From: Lingula anatina
Taxonomy: Eukaryota > Animalia > Brachiopoda
DNA: 64,000 nt
Direction of reading: 5' to 3'
NCBI GenBank assembly: GCA_051362555.1
Contig: CM120640.1
Coordinates: forward strand, 47,656,788 to 47,720,787
This document shows positions 49,601 through 62,100 of the stretch, piece by piece (position 1 is the stretch's first letter; each line of letters opens with the position of its first letter). The position numbers and the translations under genes are program-made. The notes beneath the pieces are model-generated. The model searched no databases and was not told the DNA's origin. It worked only from the letters and a program-made list of their open reading frames with translations.

Positions 49601-50579
49601 TTATGATCAATTATATTTCATTACATAATATGTTTTCTACTTGTTTTAAATCTTTTCCTCTAAAGAAAATTCTAGAGGAATGTTTGCTATATTGTAATAA
49701 TTGTAACATTGCTGTTCTTTCTAGGACATGAAGGTTGTGATGCTGGAGGATCTGGCTGCTCATTTTAAGATCAAAACACAGGTAATTATATGTCCAAAAA
49801 TGATATAATGCAATTATACCTGAGATATGCAAACAAAATATTGATAGACAGCATAAGTCTGTAATTGTATTAATACATAACTTTTTGACTGAATTCCGAT
49901 GTACCTAGAGATAACAGCAAAAGTTGCAACAACATCTGACATTGTTGTCAGAATGATCATGTTTCATTTAAGCTAAATGGTCATAAAAGACCATGATCAC
50001 ATCATCAGTTATTATTATGTTTGGTTATGTTGTTTGTCGATATTTTGTTTTACCAGACCTCAAATTTGTGGATATAATTCGTGGATCATAATCTATGCTA
50101 GCTATATGATGATAGAAAATTAAGACCTTTATTTGTGTCAAGATCCTGAAGAGAGACTGTTATTGTTCTACTGAAATAGCATTTTCGTTTCTTTCTTTTT
50201 CAGATAATTGGTCAAAATCGCTTTGAATTTTATTACATATATACATCTCATGCTTAATTTAAATAGATATATTGTTCATCCTAAGATAAATATTTGATTC
50301 AAACGCCTTCATTCTTTATTCCAGGATGCTGTAGATAGAGTTAAAGAGATGGTGGAAAGTGGACAGCTGACGGGTGTCATGGACGATAGGGGCAAATTTA
50401 TCTATATCACCATGGACGAGATTCATTCCGTAGCCAAATTTATCAAGCAGAGAGGACGAGTTTCAATAACAGAACTAGCTGAATGTAGTAATAGACTCAT
50501 TAACTTGAATCCTGACAATAGTAAAACATTCTCAAAGTTGGTAGGAGACTCAAAAGAGGAGGTTCAAGTGGAAAGCTGA
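46610..50579 (+). CDS. DDRGK1: DDRGK domain-containing protein 1 (UFBP1; UFM1 E3 adaptor), 307 aa
   Basis: Exons 46610-46697 (N-terminal TM anchor [20 protein letters not shown]), 47683-47820, 48145-48266 ([11 protein letters not shown]), 48452-48553, 48891-49013 ([18 protein letters not shown]), 49507-49545, 49725-49781 ([12 protein letters not shown]), 50325-50579 ([15 protein letters not shown]...[14 protein letters not shown]). All in phase. Confidence 0.97.
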
Positions 50580-50610
50580 ATATTTCAAGATTGTGGTGTA
50601 TGGCTTATTA

Positions 50611-50789
50611 CGGTGCCGGTGTAACGTGACAGAAAGTCCCTCATGACAGAGTCTGCTTCCCATTCATTTGTACAAGTAAGCCTTGCCCTAGATTTTGACC
50701 CACTTTGGTCAGGCTAACCCTAACTATTATAACTGAATGGAGGGTGGACTTTTGTTATACGGACTCTTGGTTTCGTTACACTGGTATCA
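50611..50789. mobile_element. Decayed MITE in the DDRGK1 3' UTR
   Basis: TA|CGGTGCCGGTGTAACG ... CGTTACACTGGTATCA|TA with further imperfect complementarity inward. It starts about 30 nt after the stop, before AATAAA at 51067-51072. Confidence 0.6.
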
Positions 50790-51621
50790 TACCTTCAAAG
50801 CGCGAAGAATTTTCTTCTGTGCCCTTGTTTATGTTATTGAGTCTTTCCATTACACAAGACTGATCTCTAGCTGAGAAGTATAACACAGCACACAAAAACA
50901 TTAAAAAGGAAAACATTCACAGTTTGAAAGAAAGTAAAACTGGGATAATCATCGTTTTCATTGAAACATTTTCTTAAGAAGTGGCACCATTGATATGCAT
51001 AATGCGTTTCAGTATACTTTAAGTACAAAAAATGATTCATCAACCAGATTATTAAATTATACATTTAATAAATAATTGAGATAGGTTTACACATTGATAA
51101 TAATTTGCATACAGTTCTGGAAGCTTCAAATATGATAATCTTATTAGTAACAATTTAAGTCATATAAGTATCACTATGAAGTGTTCTGTCAAGTGCATAT
51201 CAAACGCTGTACCCGTTTACGGTGTTTAGGAACCTTGGAAACCCCTACCCCTTTTCAATGAATCCGTCACTGTATTCATAGTTGAAACGCCGTCTGTTTC
51301 GGAGGAGGGGAGGGTCTTCCCGCACCCCCCCCCCCCCCCCTCCTCAGCATGCATCGCCCATAAATATTTTACATGACTATCATGTAAATATCGCCTCCTT
51401 TTCCCTCATGTCCTTTTTATTAAACCTTTACGCGTAAATAGCTCTGCCGCAGTATTTTCTAAAAACGTGAAAAGATCGATATTGAAACTCTATTTACTGG
51501 TGATAAGGTGCACATAATGTCTCGGATTAGTAACAGCGATAATATCCTTGGCTACGAGATAACAGAATGCCGAGAGCAGATTTTCATTTATGAAAGCTGA
51601 CATGGTATATAGGTCGTTAGC

Positions 51622-52692
51622 TTAGTCTTCATCATCCTCTGTATCTGTCTCTTCTGTTTCCATATGTCGTTTCCTTCTTTTCTTCTTTTTCCTCTGTTTT
51701 TTATAAAGATCATTTAGATATTTTTCTAAAATGAAATTATTGTCAGTGTTCTCGTCTTTCGGTTCGTCCAAAACACGACCGCTAATATTATACTGTCCAT
51801 TGGCAGCAGTGACTGTTACTTCAGCTTTTCGAGCGTGGCCATATTTTTGTTGTAGCTCGGAAATCACAAAATCTGGTAACTTTGATGCGTCGCCAAATTC
51901 TACTTGTGCCAGTTGTCCGAAGTCCAAAGTTCCTTTAAATGTAAAGTTTTGATGAATAGGTGGTAGATGTAATGACTGACGCTTCTGCTCATTAAAAGCG
52001 GCCACATCTTTTTCTATCCACGACTGTGTATTGTAAGACACGTTTCCATGATTGCCGAATGTGAATTCTTTGGGCGGACCAGGCAGAGGTTCACCGTTTG
52101 GTCCATAATAATGGTGTTTTGAAGAACTCTTCTCTTTTTTGGATGACGCAGATTGACTATCATGTAAAACAATAACCGACTGCTGAGGGTGATGTTTCGA
52201 AAATTGGTACGGATATCTAGAATGCCACCCACCATATCCGAATCCAAAATTTGGAGTAAACTCGACAGGAATAACGGCTGCATTTTGTTGACTAAGAGGT
52301 CCCTGAAGAACTAAAGGCGGAGGATTCTGACCAACGAAGCCCATCGGCCCTGATAGGCCTACATAGGGAGCTGTATACCCGTACGGTGGGATGAATGATG
52401 GTTGGGTTTGGTTCAAGGTATTTTGTGTAAATCCATTGATGCCGTATTGATTGTAGAGCTGGGGCTCTGACGTAGAGGTCCGTCTAGTGGAACCTTGGCG
52501 CTGGGAAACGCTAGGCGAAGGTGTAGTAACTTTGAGAACGTTCACGCTGGGAGGTTGAAGATAATTTCTCTGCGAAGAAGAGCCTGGGTTGTACGTTCCG
52601 ATTTGACCAGGTGAAAGTTCGTACAGAAACCTGTCACCGTGCTTCGAGTGGACATTTCTTCGCACGGAATTCCGTGAGGAATAGGATGCCAT
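51622..52692 (-). CDS. Single-exon hypothetical protein, 356 aa
   Basis: 1071-bp uninterrupted ORF in AT-rich DNA, good start context (AAAATGG) and non-repetitive nucleotide sequence. AATAAA on the minus strand at about 51416-51421. Basic NLS-like and acidic C-terminus. No family recognised. Confidence 0.75.
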   Translation of the reverse strand: MASYSSRNSVRRNVHSKHGDRFLYELSPGQIGTYNPGSSSQRNYLQPPSVNVLKVTTPSPSVSQRQGSTRRTSTSEPQLYNQYGINGFTQNTLNQTQPSFIPPYGYTAPYVGLSGPMGFVGQNPPPLVLQGPLSQQNAAVIPVEFTPNFGFGYGGWHSRYPYQFSKHHPQQSVIVLHDSQSASSKKEKSSSKHHYYGPNGEPLPGPPKEFTFGNHGNVSYNTQSWIEKDVAAFNEQKRQSLHLPPIHQNFTFKGTLDFGQLAQVEFGDASKLPDFVISELQQKYGHARKAEVTVTAANGQYNISGRVLDEPKDENTDNNFILEKYLNDLYKKQRKKKKRRKRHMETEETDTEDDED

Positions 52693-53635
52693 TTTCCTTC
52701 TATGTTGAGGAAAATCCTTTCGAGTTGTCTTTATGTAACTTATCTTAAACGCGACGGCATCGCCAGGAGATTAATGGAAATTATGTCCAAACAAAACACT
52801 CCTCATACACTTTGGCGATATTGTAAGTATATCATATCATCACAATATTGAACGGTTTTGACTCGATTTCCATCTTTTACATTTGAACTACAAAAACAGA
52901 GCTTGCAGTTGTCACATGCTTATACAAACTTGATAGCAAATGAACGATAACTACTAAGGAGACCAAGGTAAACTTTTTGATGGTTGCTAAGACTAAGAAT
53001 GCCTTGCAAATGGTAACATAATGATTCGCCAACGTTTACTTTTCTTTCATAAAAGAAAATGTTCGATCTTCATTACATTTATTAGCCAACAGATCCAGTC
53101 CTTTTAATAACAGGTTCTCTAGTTTCCTAGTGTATTCCCACGTATCTCCCTTCCCTTTCATCCCCACTTCCCTCCCCAAGAAACAAAACACAAAGAGAAG
53201 AAAGCAAAACGAGCAAGAATCAAACGAAAGTTCTAAGCATAATTGAACGGCGAATCTAATATATAGGCTATTCTGCAGTTCCAGATCAAGGACTGCAAGT
53301 TACCAAAAAGAAATAGTATGGAAATGCTTGATTTTCGATTTTTTTCTCTCTTTTTTTTTATTTTAATTTAAAAATCTTTTAATGATCCCAATAATTAATG
53401 CATGCAGCAATTTGAAACAATTACCTATATAGGCATATATATATATAGGCCTATACATATATATATATATATATATAATCTGGAGAGAATACTGTACGTA
53501 GGCCTACCCAGACTCCCTTCGATTTCTGAAAAAATCACACCTCTTAGGCCTAGGCCTACTGTTAGGCTCGACCTCTTGAAATTAGAATTTTGCCTAGCTG
53601 AATCACAGTTGTAGGCTACACGGGCGCACCAAATG

Positions 53636-53765
53636 ACACCGTTCGACCTCTAAAATACCAATACCCTTAAGCGGGCCCAGAACCCCAATCCAAAGGGGGC
53701 GGGGGGTAAACGTTCGTATCCGTGGACACCCCCCCCCCCCTCAAATAATCCTGGATCCGCCCCTG
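53636..53765 (-). mobile_element. MITE end (CAGGGGCGGATCCAGG family)
   Basis: TCAAATAATCCTGGATCCGCCCCTG and CCTCTAAAATAC are the reverse complement of parts of 17276-17398. Confidence 0.65.
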
Positions 53766-54145
53766 CAGACTCCGGCATAAACATAATTATAAACAGAGGT
53801 CTATGCATGACTATTTGCCTACTTTTATTATTTTATTATATTCAGTTTACGGGAATAAATAATCTGAATCTACAGAAGGCGATGGCTCGATATTATTTGA
53901 AAGTTATTCGTCTTGACTATTTAAAAAAAAAATCTGTGATTTCTTTGCAAGTCATTGGAAAGTTTCACGTTGGTCGTGACGACATGCACGAGCCATGACT
54001 TCGAGGTGCATGTGCATACGTCATAGCGTCGCGAAAAGAAAACGCCACAGTCTGCGCACATAGTGCATCAGACACTGAAACGTCGTCTTCGCCAACGTTA
54101 CGACTTAAAATTTGACGTTACGCCTTTTTAAGGTCTACTTGAAGC

Positions 54146-54702
54146 ATGACGTTCCATATGCAACAAGTATCGAAGCCACCGCCTGTGAGACAATTTGAAT
54201 GGTCTAAACAACTTCTTTTTCCTCAGAAACTGTTTCATGTTGTGAATGATGGATATTTGCTTTATTGGACAGAAGATGGAAAGAAGATTGTCTGCAATGA
54301 AGAACTTTTTGAGAGTGAAGTTATGCAAAGATATCCAGGTGAACAAAACATGAATAAAATCGACTAATATTTCCCTTAGTTGATAAAGATTACTCTAGTT
54401 TCAAGGTTTTGGAATTAATTCCAGCATTTCCTTCTTTTTTCTTATTTGCCTTTTTCTTTTATCTTTTTATTCTTCTCATTTACAAGTGCAAGGAAGGCAT
54501 TTCTGGAATCAATTCATTACTGGGACTACAAAATATTACCACGTATAATTAGCATAGCCTAGATCTTTGCCTTTGCTAGGTCCTAGTTTCAGTTGTCACA
54601 CGAAAACAACATTTGATAGTCTGTTTTTTTTTTATGTCGTCTGCTGCTTGGACGCATGCTAGTCTCGCAGCCAAGGGAAATCTGCCCCGCAGTAAATGCA
54701 AA

Positions 54703-54766
<64 letters not shown>

Positions 54767-56643
54767 TATATATATATATATTTATATATATGTGTGTGTT
54801 TTGAAAAAAATCTGTCTGTCATTTTACCTTTCTTAACCCTATACATTGTCAAATAAGATTAAAAGGATAACAAATGTTCATTTTGGCAAAAAAATTAATT
54901 TTCCTGGGATAAATGACAATCTTCCCATACTTACCAATGGTTAATGAATCCATTTCTACATTCAAAGTTAGTCCCTGTTTTTTTTTTCTAAAATTCTATT
55001 AAGGTAGATCGGTCGTTACATGTTCCAACGTTCGAATTTTTTTAAATTTTTTTTTGTTTGAAGAGACACCCAAGTACATTAAAAATTTGCAAAAAAAATT
55101 GGGGGTCACCGACCAAATAAGAGAACTAGCCCCAAATATGATACACCCTGCATATCGCACTAGTCCCCATTCAAATCAATGGGAAAATGGGTGTTTTCTC
55201 ACTAAAGCATTATTTTTTATGACTTTCTGACGTTCGAATTTTTTTAAAATTTTTTTTGTGTAAAGAGGCCTCCAAGTACATTTAAATTTTACCAAAAAAA
55301 TTGGGGGTCACCGACCAAATAAGAGAACTACGCCAAGTTGAAGTGCGCTACACCCTGCGTGACGCACTAGTCCCCATTCAAATCAATGGGGAAATGGGTG
55401 TTTTTCACCAAAACGTTATTTTTTATGATTTTTCTAACGTTTGAATTTAAAAAAAAACTTTTTTGTGTAAAGAGGCATCCAAGTTGATTTTAATTTTGCC
55501 AAAAAAGTTGGGGGTCACCGACCAAATAAGAGAACTACGCCAAGTTGAAGTGCGTTACACCCTGCGTGACGCACTAGTCGGAAGTCCCCATTCAAATCAA
55601 TTGGAAAATGGGTGTTTTTCACTAAATCGTTATTTTTTATGATTTTTTTTTTGTTTGTGTGTGTGAAGAGACATCTAAGTACATTTAAAACTTTCATTAT
55701 GTTTAACAGTTGAAGTGAGTATACTCAGCTATTTTCAGATTTGTCAAACTGATGAGAGGTGTAAGCCATTAACTTTACAACAAAATTATTGAAGAGAATA
55801 ATAAGGGAAATACTCATGCATATGAAAATAGTTTATTGCCGTTGTTATTTATTAATGAATATAACATGAACGTGACATCGTTAACACTGTGTTGTCAAGT
55901 AAAATGAAGCGTCTGATACAAAGTATCAAATGCGGCATTCACGTGCTTGCTTGCGGTGCGTTCAGTACACTTTGTTTACTCTGAGAAGTCAAGGTCAGAA
56001 GTGCACAATTTTTCTGTATAATATAACGCAGTTTTAATTTTGATTAGTGAATTTTCTTCAAGCTGTAGACCCTATGGCCATTTTCTGAACATTTGTATAA
56101 GCTACGAAATATTTCTCAGTCCAAATTTCTCTAAGTCCAAATGAGTGGCGTTACGACGCACTTCCGGTTTTCGTCGAAATCTAAACTACAGCAGCACATT
56201 CAGGGCGTTCTACCTCAAAATGTACGCAGCCGCTTTGATTGGAATTTACAACACTTATTCTTTACATGACATAGCACCTACGTGCATAATTTGTGAGCTT
56301 TAGCTGTCATACATTTTCTAGTGCCAATTCAAATTGGAAAAGGAGCTATTCCGACGATTTCTTGAAGGGCAAGTCTATGAACGTGCTACAGTTGTCGTAT
56401 GGAATCATAGTCGACAAACGTTGTCGAAAATCTGTATCGATCATACAGAGTTACAGACAAGTTGATAATGTGTGTTTATCTTATAGATAATTGTTTTATT
56501 TCCTTAAATTGATAAAACAGACTGAAGTGTCGTTAGAGACGATTGACGATGCGCTGAAATTGCGCAAATCGTCAAATTACGTAACGACCGATCTACCTTA
56601 AGAGATTATTACAGAGTATAGCCATCTGAGGTCACGTGGTCTG

Positions 56644-56738
<95 letters not shown>

Positions 56739-57752
56739 CATAATAATTGTTATAATAGCTGTTTTTGTAGTAAAATAGAAAATATTATATTTCTATGAGT
56801 TGTTTACAATGTATTTATTATGAAATATAGATCTCATATGAAGAAGAAAACTTAAATTTTGTTTTTACTAGGATTCGTGCAAATCCGAACATTTGCCAAC
56901 CTGCGACGACAGCTTCGGCAGTACGGGTTTGAGTGGAAAGTAAATAATGAAGGCGACATCGAATTCATTCACCCTTCTTTTGTACGCGACCACCCTGAGT
57001 TCCTGAACGCCGTTGTCACCAAGCGAAAGTGTGGCACAACCAGCTCGCTTTCATTCGAGGCCATCGAAGCCGGAGAAACCCTGTCGGATTCCGATCAAGC
57101 TCTTGCAAGCAGACCTGTGAAGAGCCGTCGCCTGCAGCTGTTAAACCAGCAACCTGCCGACGATTGTTTGTCCAAATTTCGGCCTATTGATCCAAAACCT
57201 GCAACTGCCTCCACGCCAACCGGTCCTCGGATGTACTACCATCCCTATCAAGCTGCGGCAGGCGATATGCCGTCGCTTCCACAGGCACTGGGGTCGCAGA
57301 GTGGGGGACCCGTAGGTCCTTTTAGTGCTCTTCTCAATTCTGATGATTGGAAAATCACTGCACAGTCCATACCCGTACCACAATCACAAAACGCCACAAA
57401 CACCCAGACAGACGAGGCCGCCAACGCACATGGGGATAGCGGAGGAAAGGCAATTAGTGGAAGCACACAGCCCCTTGTGGGAACTCACGGTGGGAATATT
57501 CAGCCCGGGGGATGGTGGCCTCACCCACAAATTGGAATGTATCCTCCGCCACCAACGTGGGCTCCAGCGCTTAATCCGTGCTGGCCGTATCCCCCTCCTC
57601 TACGGCACATGTCACCGATGAAGGTCCCGCCTGTAATGTATTGGAATGATGAAGCTAAGACCAAGGAGTCTAGTACACAAACTGACTTTGCCGTGCCACC
57701 AGAAGGCTTTTTTCCGCTTACGCATGCAGCAACGTTAACGGGAGAATTATGA
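54146..57752 (+). CDS. Divergent heat-shock-factor DNA-binding-domain protein (HSF5/HSFY-like), 357 aa
   Basis: Exons 54146-54338 (LFPQKLFHVVND..LLYWTEDGKKIV..EELFESEVM) and 56872-57752 (FANLRRQLRQYGF...EFIHPSFVRDHPEFLNAV..KR) join in phase 1 and together form an HSF winged-helix DBD. The rest is Pro/Gln/Ser-rich with no evident HR-A/B heptads. Confidence 0.88.
54721..54791. repeat. (TA)n microsatellite after a poly-A run
   Basis: Seen directly. Confidence 0.9.
55003..56597. mobile_element. Non-autonomous Kolobok-like DNA transposon in the HSF-like intron
   Basis: TTAA|GGTAGATCGGTCGTTAC ... GTAACGACCGATCTACC|TTAA: perfect 17-bp TIR, TTAA duplication and RR..YY termini (Kolobok rather than piggyBac). 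Confidence 0.85.
55027..55690. repeat. Tandem repeat, about 205-bp unit, about 3 copies, inside the Kolobok-like element
   Basis: TTGGGGGTCACCGACCAAATAAGAGAACTA and GTCCCCATTCAAATCAAT each recur three times. Confidence 0.9.
56648..56735. repeat. Compound (CA)n(GA)n microsatellite
   Basis: Seen directly. Confidence 0.95.
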
Positions 57753-59177
57753 AAAGTGAGATTTTAATTAAAACATGAATTTTAAGATGACTGTTTAATG
57801 ATATAAACATGGGGTGTAGGCTTACTGTTCAATTCTTGAAATTGTATCCGCAATAACAGAGTAAAAAGAATAATAGAAAAGATTTTATAGAAATTTAAAT
57901 GTTGGACTTGAGGTCATTTAATAACTGGACTTTTCGTCAGTTCCCCTTATGCGTTTTCTTTTCATTAAATGGATCTCTTTTTTAAAAGAATTAAGTTCTG
58001 GTGAAAGTGAGGATGTATCTATGAAAAATTATCAAGAATTATATCAACATCTCTGTTTGATCTAGTGTATTTTTGTATATTATGTAAATCAATAATATAT
58101 AATTCACATAAAGAGCAAATTTTCCTGTCTTTCTTGTGTGAAAAAAAGACATATAGTCTAATTTGGATTAAATAACCAGCTTTCAAAACCAAACGTTTCT
58201 CTTTTTCCTAATATATTGTGTAGAATGTAAGCACGCCCACGAAATATTGGCTGACCTGAAAAAGGGACAATGAGGAAATTCGTTCTATGTAGGGCCTTAG
58301 TGTCGTGCTTTCCCGTGTCGACCGAGCTTTGATTGGATTCAATCCTGTACTGAAAATTGAAAGCAACCGCATACTGTTAAAACAGTTCAACCATTTTCTC
58401 CTATTTTTCCTCTTAATACCCTTAGTTTTCCGATATGGTGTTAATATTTGATAAAACCATGACAAACGACAAATTTTCCGTTCTTTAAATTTACCGCACT
58501 AATCTAATTTCATCGTATTATTAGTCACTTTCTAGTTTTGTTTTCATTCATAACTGCTCAGCATAACGAAACGAGATTCCGTTATATTATTTTTGCCTTG
58601 AAAAAGGGCGTGGATAAGAAGTTTATGACATCCCTCCTATTGTGTTGCTTTTTAAGTAGGCTGAAGTATTTTAGGTTGGAAAACTGGTTTGGCATAGTGA
58701 CGTCAGCGTGAATGGTTGGTTTCATCTGAGGGTGATCGAAATGCAACATAACCAAAGAAGCAACAACGTCAAAACGTGCGCAGAAAAAGCACTAACATTT
58801 TGCTCTCGGTGCACAACATATTTTGATATTACGATGTTAAGGAAAAATATTGTCATGCTTGCCTTGAATAGTTTTCCCTCTTCCAATAAAGAACAAATGT
58901 AGATGGGTTGATTGATCGATCCATTCAATATTCACCTGTTACTTTTACCTTAACTCAATTGGTATAACAGCCATGTTATTGAACTGCATTTTTGCATTTT
59001 TTTCTATCAGTAGTGAAAGTAACTATATATCTTACCTCAGTGAGTGAGGTGTATGTTTTAACCACACCCTCAGGCACCTCACCTGACCTGACGCGTAAAC
59101 TGAGCTCATGGTGACATGATTGTACACATACAGGTGCACTATTATCGACATTGCCATACGTGATCAGTAGATTCCCT

Positions 59178-62100
59178 ATGTCCAACATGAAGGGGACACT
59201 TTTTCAACCAACGGTGGCTGCATTGACTGCGTTGTGCTTTTTAGGAAGAGATGCATCGGCTGCTGAAACCATTCAGAGTTTAGAAGCTAAACTAGGAGAC
59301 TTAGGGGATCTCGGTTTCCCTCTTCCCACAGGTATTGATGATTTGTGCAGATCTTTTTAATGCATTTAGTTATTACGTATGGTTATGACATGCTCATGTT
59401 TGTATTTCTGAGTTGAAACGGGACAAATAATCAGGAAATTAAAAACATGTACATCTACCCTAGATATAAAATTAATCGATAGCTTCTATTTTTACTGAAG
59501 CCTCTGAAAAATTATTGATGTCTACTTTTCCTTTTGCCATTGAATCTTCTCCGAAACGAAAATAGCTCGGGACCCGCCCTTCTATTGTTTGTCAGAGCGA
59601 CACGACTTGACCTATATATCAGAGGTACACTGGATAAAAAAACAAAAGGGAACCAGAAATTGTCATTATTTACATACTCGTTTCTAAACTTATGTTCAAA
59701 TCTGTGAAAGTGACGGGTTCAAATTTTGGAAAATCAATAGTTGCATACCATTGCGCACTTCGCCTTTCTGATATATAAGAAGCAGTGGGTGGTCGTGACT
59801 TTGAGAAAACTTTTTAGGACTGCTGTAGTTTAAGTAAGGAACAGGTTTATGAGAACTCGAGCTTTAGATTAAAACTACCTGTACCTTTGTGATCACCTGA
59901 CTATATTGATATTTTCAAATTAATTCCTAAAAGACTTTCAATTAATATTTAAAAATCAATTTGTGATAAAGAACTTGTATTAATTCCTAGTAAAATTAAT
60001 AAAAGCTATGCAAAAAGTATCCGTCGAGAGAAAATTTTTCGCCTAAATAGGGTGTATCATAAATTTTGACCTCGAAATTTTTCTTCAGAGAGAGAGAAAG
60101 AGACAGAGAGAGAAGGGAGAGAGAGCGTTTTGGTGAAAAAAAGTTGTACATCTAGTATATGTAATCTTTTTACCACGCCCCTTATTCACGTCTTAGCATA
60201 TTTTGTAAGCTATAATTAGCGTTTGTATTTGACTCATTATACACCGGTTTTTACTGAAACATGGGTATAGCATTCTGTGCTCAAGGGAAGTGTTTTTTAC
60301 CTGTCCTTTTTAATGAGGGCAGGTGTGTCATTTATGTCGACCCTTTTAAATGCATCAATGAAGTATAAAAATGTATGTTTACTACCTACATATTTAAATA
60401 TGAAACTACTTCATATCACACAGCGTAACTAATATATATTCTTGATAACTAGAGATGAGTAATAAGGCGTTTGTGTATATTTTAAAACATCCAACTGTGC
60501 TCGCTGCCCTTTTCGGTCAACGCTGCTCGTGTCTGCTCACACCGCTGAATGTTGTCATGTACAACTTCTCCTACTGTAGCCTTTCTCTCTCTCTTTCTCT
60601 TTCTCCCCTGATTCTGCATCATGATCTTTTTTTTTTACCCCTGTCGCTTTGTGGAAAAATGAACATGCCAAATTATTCACATATTATAGAGAAGAGTATG
60701 GCGGCTACAGTATTCTTTACAGCCCACATAAGTATCGGTTGCACCAGGCTAGTTACACAGGAATTGCTGTACATAATTCATGATTAAGCAAAGGCCCCCT
60801 GCACGATAACCAACTTCCAACACCTGACACATTGTCCAAGACAGCAAATTTACAGGCAAAAAAATCCGGGCCTGAGAATTAAAAAAATGACCGGTTTCTA
60901 TTTAAGCCAAATATTGTCAATATCTTTTAAACAGCGCGGCGACAAAAGTTGCAAGTTGATTCAGATGATAAGTTTTGAGAAAAAGCACACTGCGCTGTGA
61001 ATTTCATCACACGTTCATCAGATCAGATATGACTGTTGTAGTTTAAGTTGGTTCCGCTCTATATAGTACTATATATAGTGTTGCTAACATTGAAATGAAA
61101 CTGCTCCATATCAAAGTGAACTATAATTGGAGCGATGTTACAAGTGAATCACAAAACATCCATGTAAAAGTTCTTGTTAACATTTAAACGTTTATAAGAA
61201 AAACTCCAAAATATACAAAAAAAATAACCGTCAAAATTGTTTCCCTTCAGTTCAAATAATAGCATTGTGATTATACAACTATATTTTTATTATTTGAAAA
61301 ATCGTTTTTATCATATATGACATGGGATGGAGCAAGGCCCCTAGCAGCAGGGTGGGATGTCTTTCATATCTTTCTTTACGATCTACGTTGAAACTATCAG
61401 AAAGATTTTCCCTCTCCGGCAGTCAAGTAAATAGGAAGTTGGTGAAAGTGAAATAAAAAAGGAAGATAAAAACTAAAGCTGAATATATATACATATATAC
61501 AAACCATGTGGAGTGACTATCCTTTTTTATATATAAATTCACCCCTAAGACCCCTAGCAGAAGAAAATACTCGGTGCGATTTCAACCAGACAGAATCCAT
61601 CTAAGTATTCTACTTTACAAGAGCAGGTAAAACAACTATGGTAATTATTTCAGTTATATAGCTTGAGGAATTTCCTTTGCAGGCGGTGCAGCTGAGGCAT
61701 CCACCCCTTTCAAACTTGGACTGAAGGCACTACTGCTGGACATGAACGATCTGGCACGGGAGCAATTTCAGACCGCCGGGAACGCTGGATTTGCCTTCGC
61801 ACACTGGGGCAGTGCAATAGCCAGGCACTCTACAGTTACCTACGAGAACGATGATTTGGAGGTCGCAAATCGATTTCTCAATAGGACATTGGAGGGGGAG
61901 AGCCAACTGAACCCTTTTCAAAAGAAACTGGTGCAGGCAGCCGTGGCACTATTTATGCCAGGGAAATCGAGAGTTTCCAGGGTTGAAACCTTCACGGCTT
62001 TGCTCAAAGAAATAGTAGATAGTCCAAATGTTACTAATAGTTTTGTGAAATTACTTTACATCAAAAGTCTTCTAGAGACAGCTCAGCTGAGTCGAAACGA

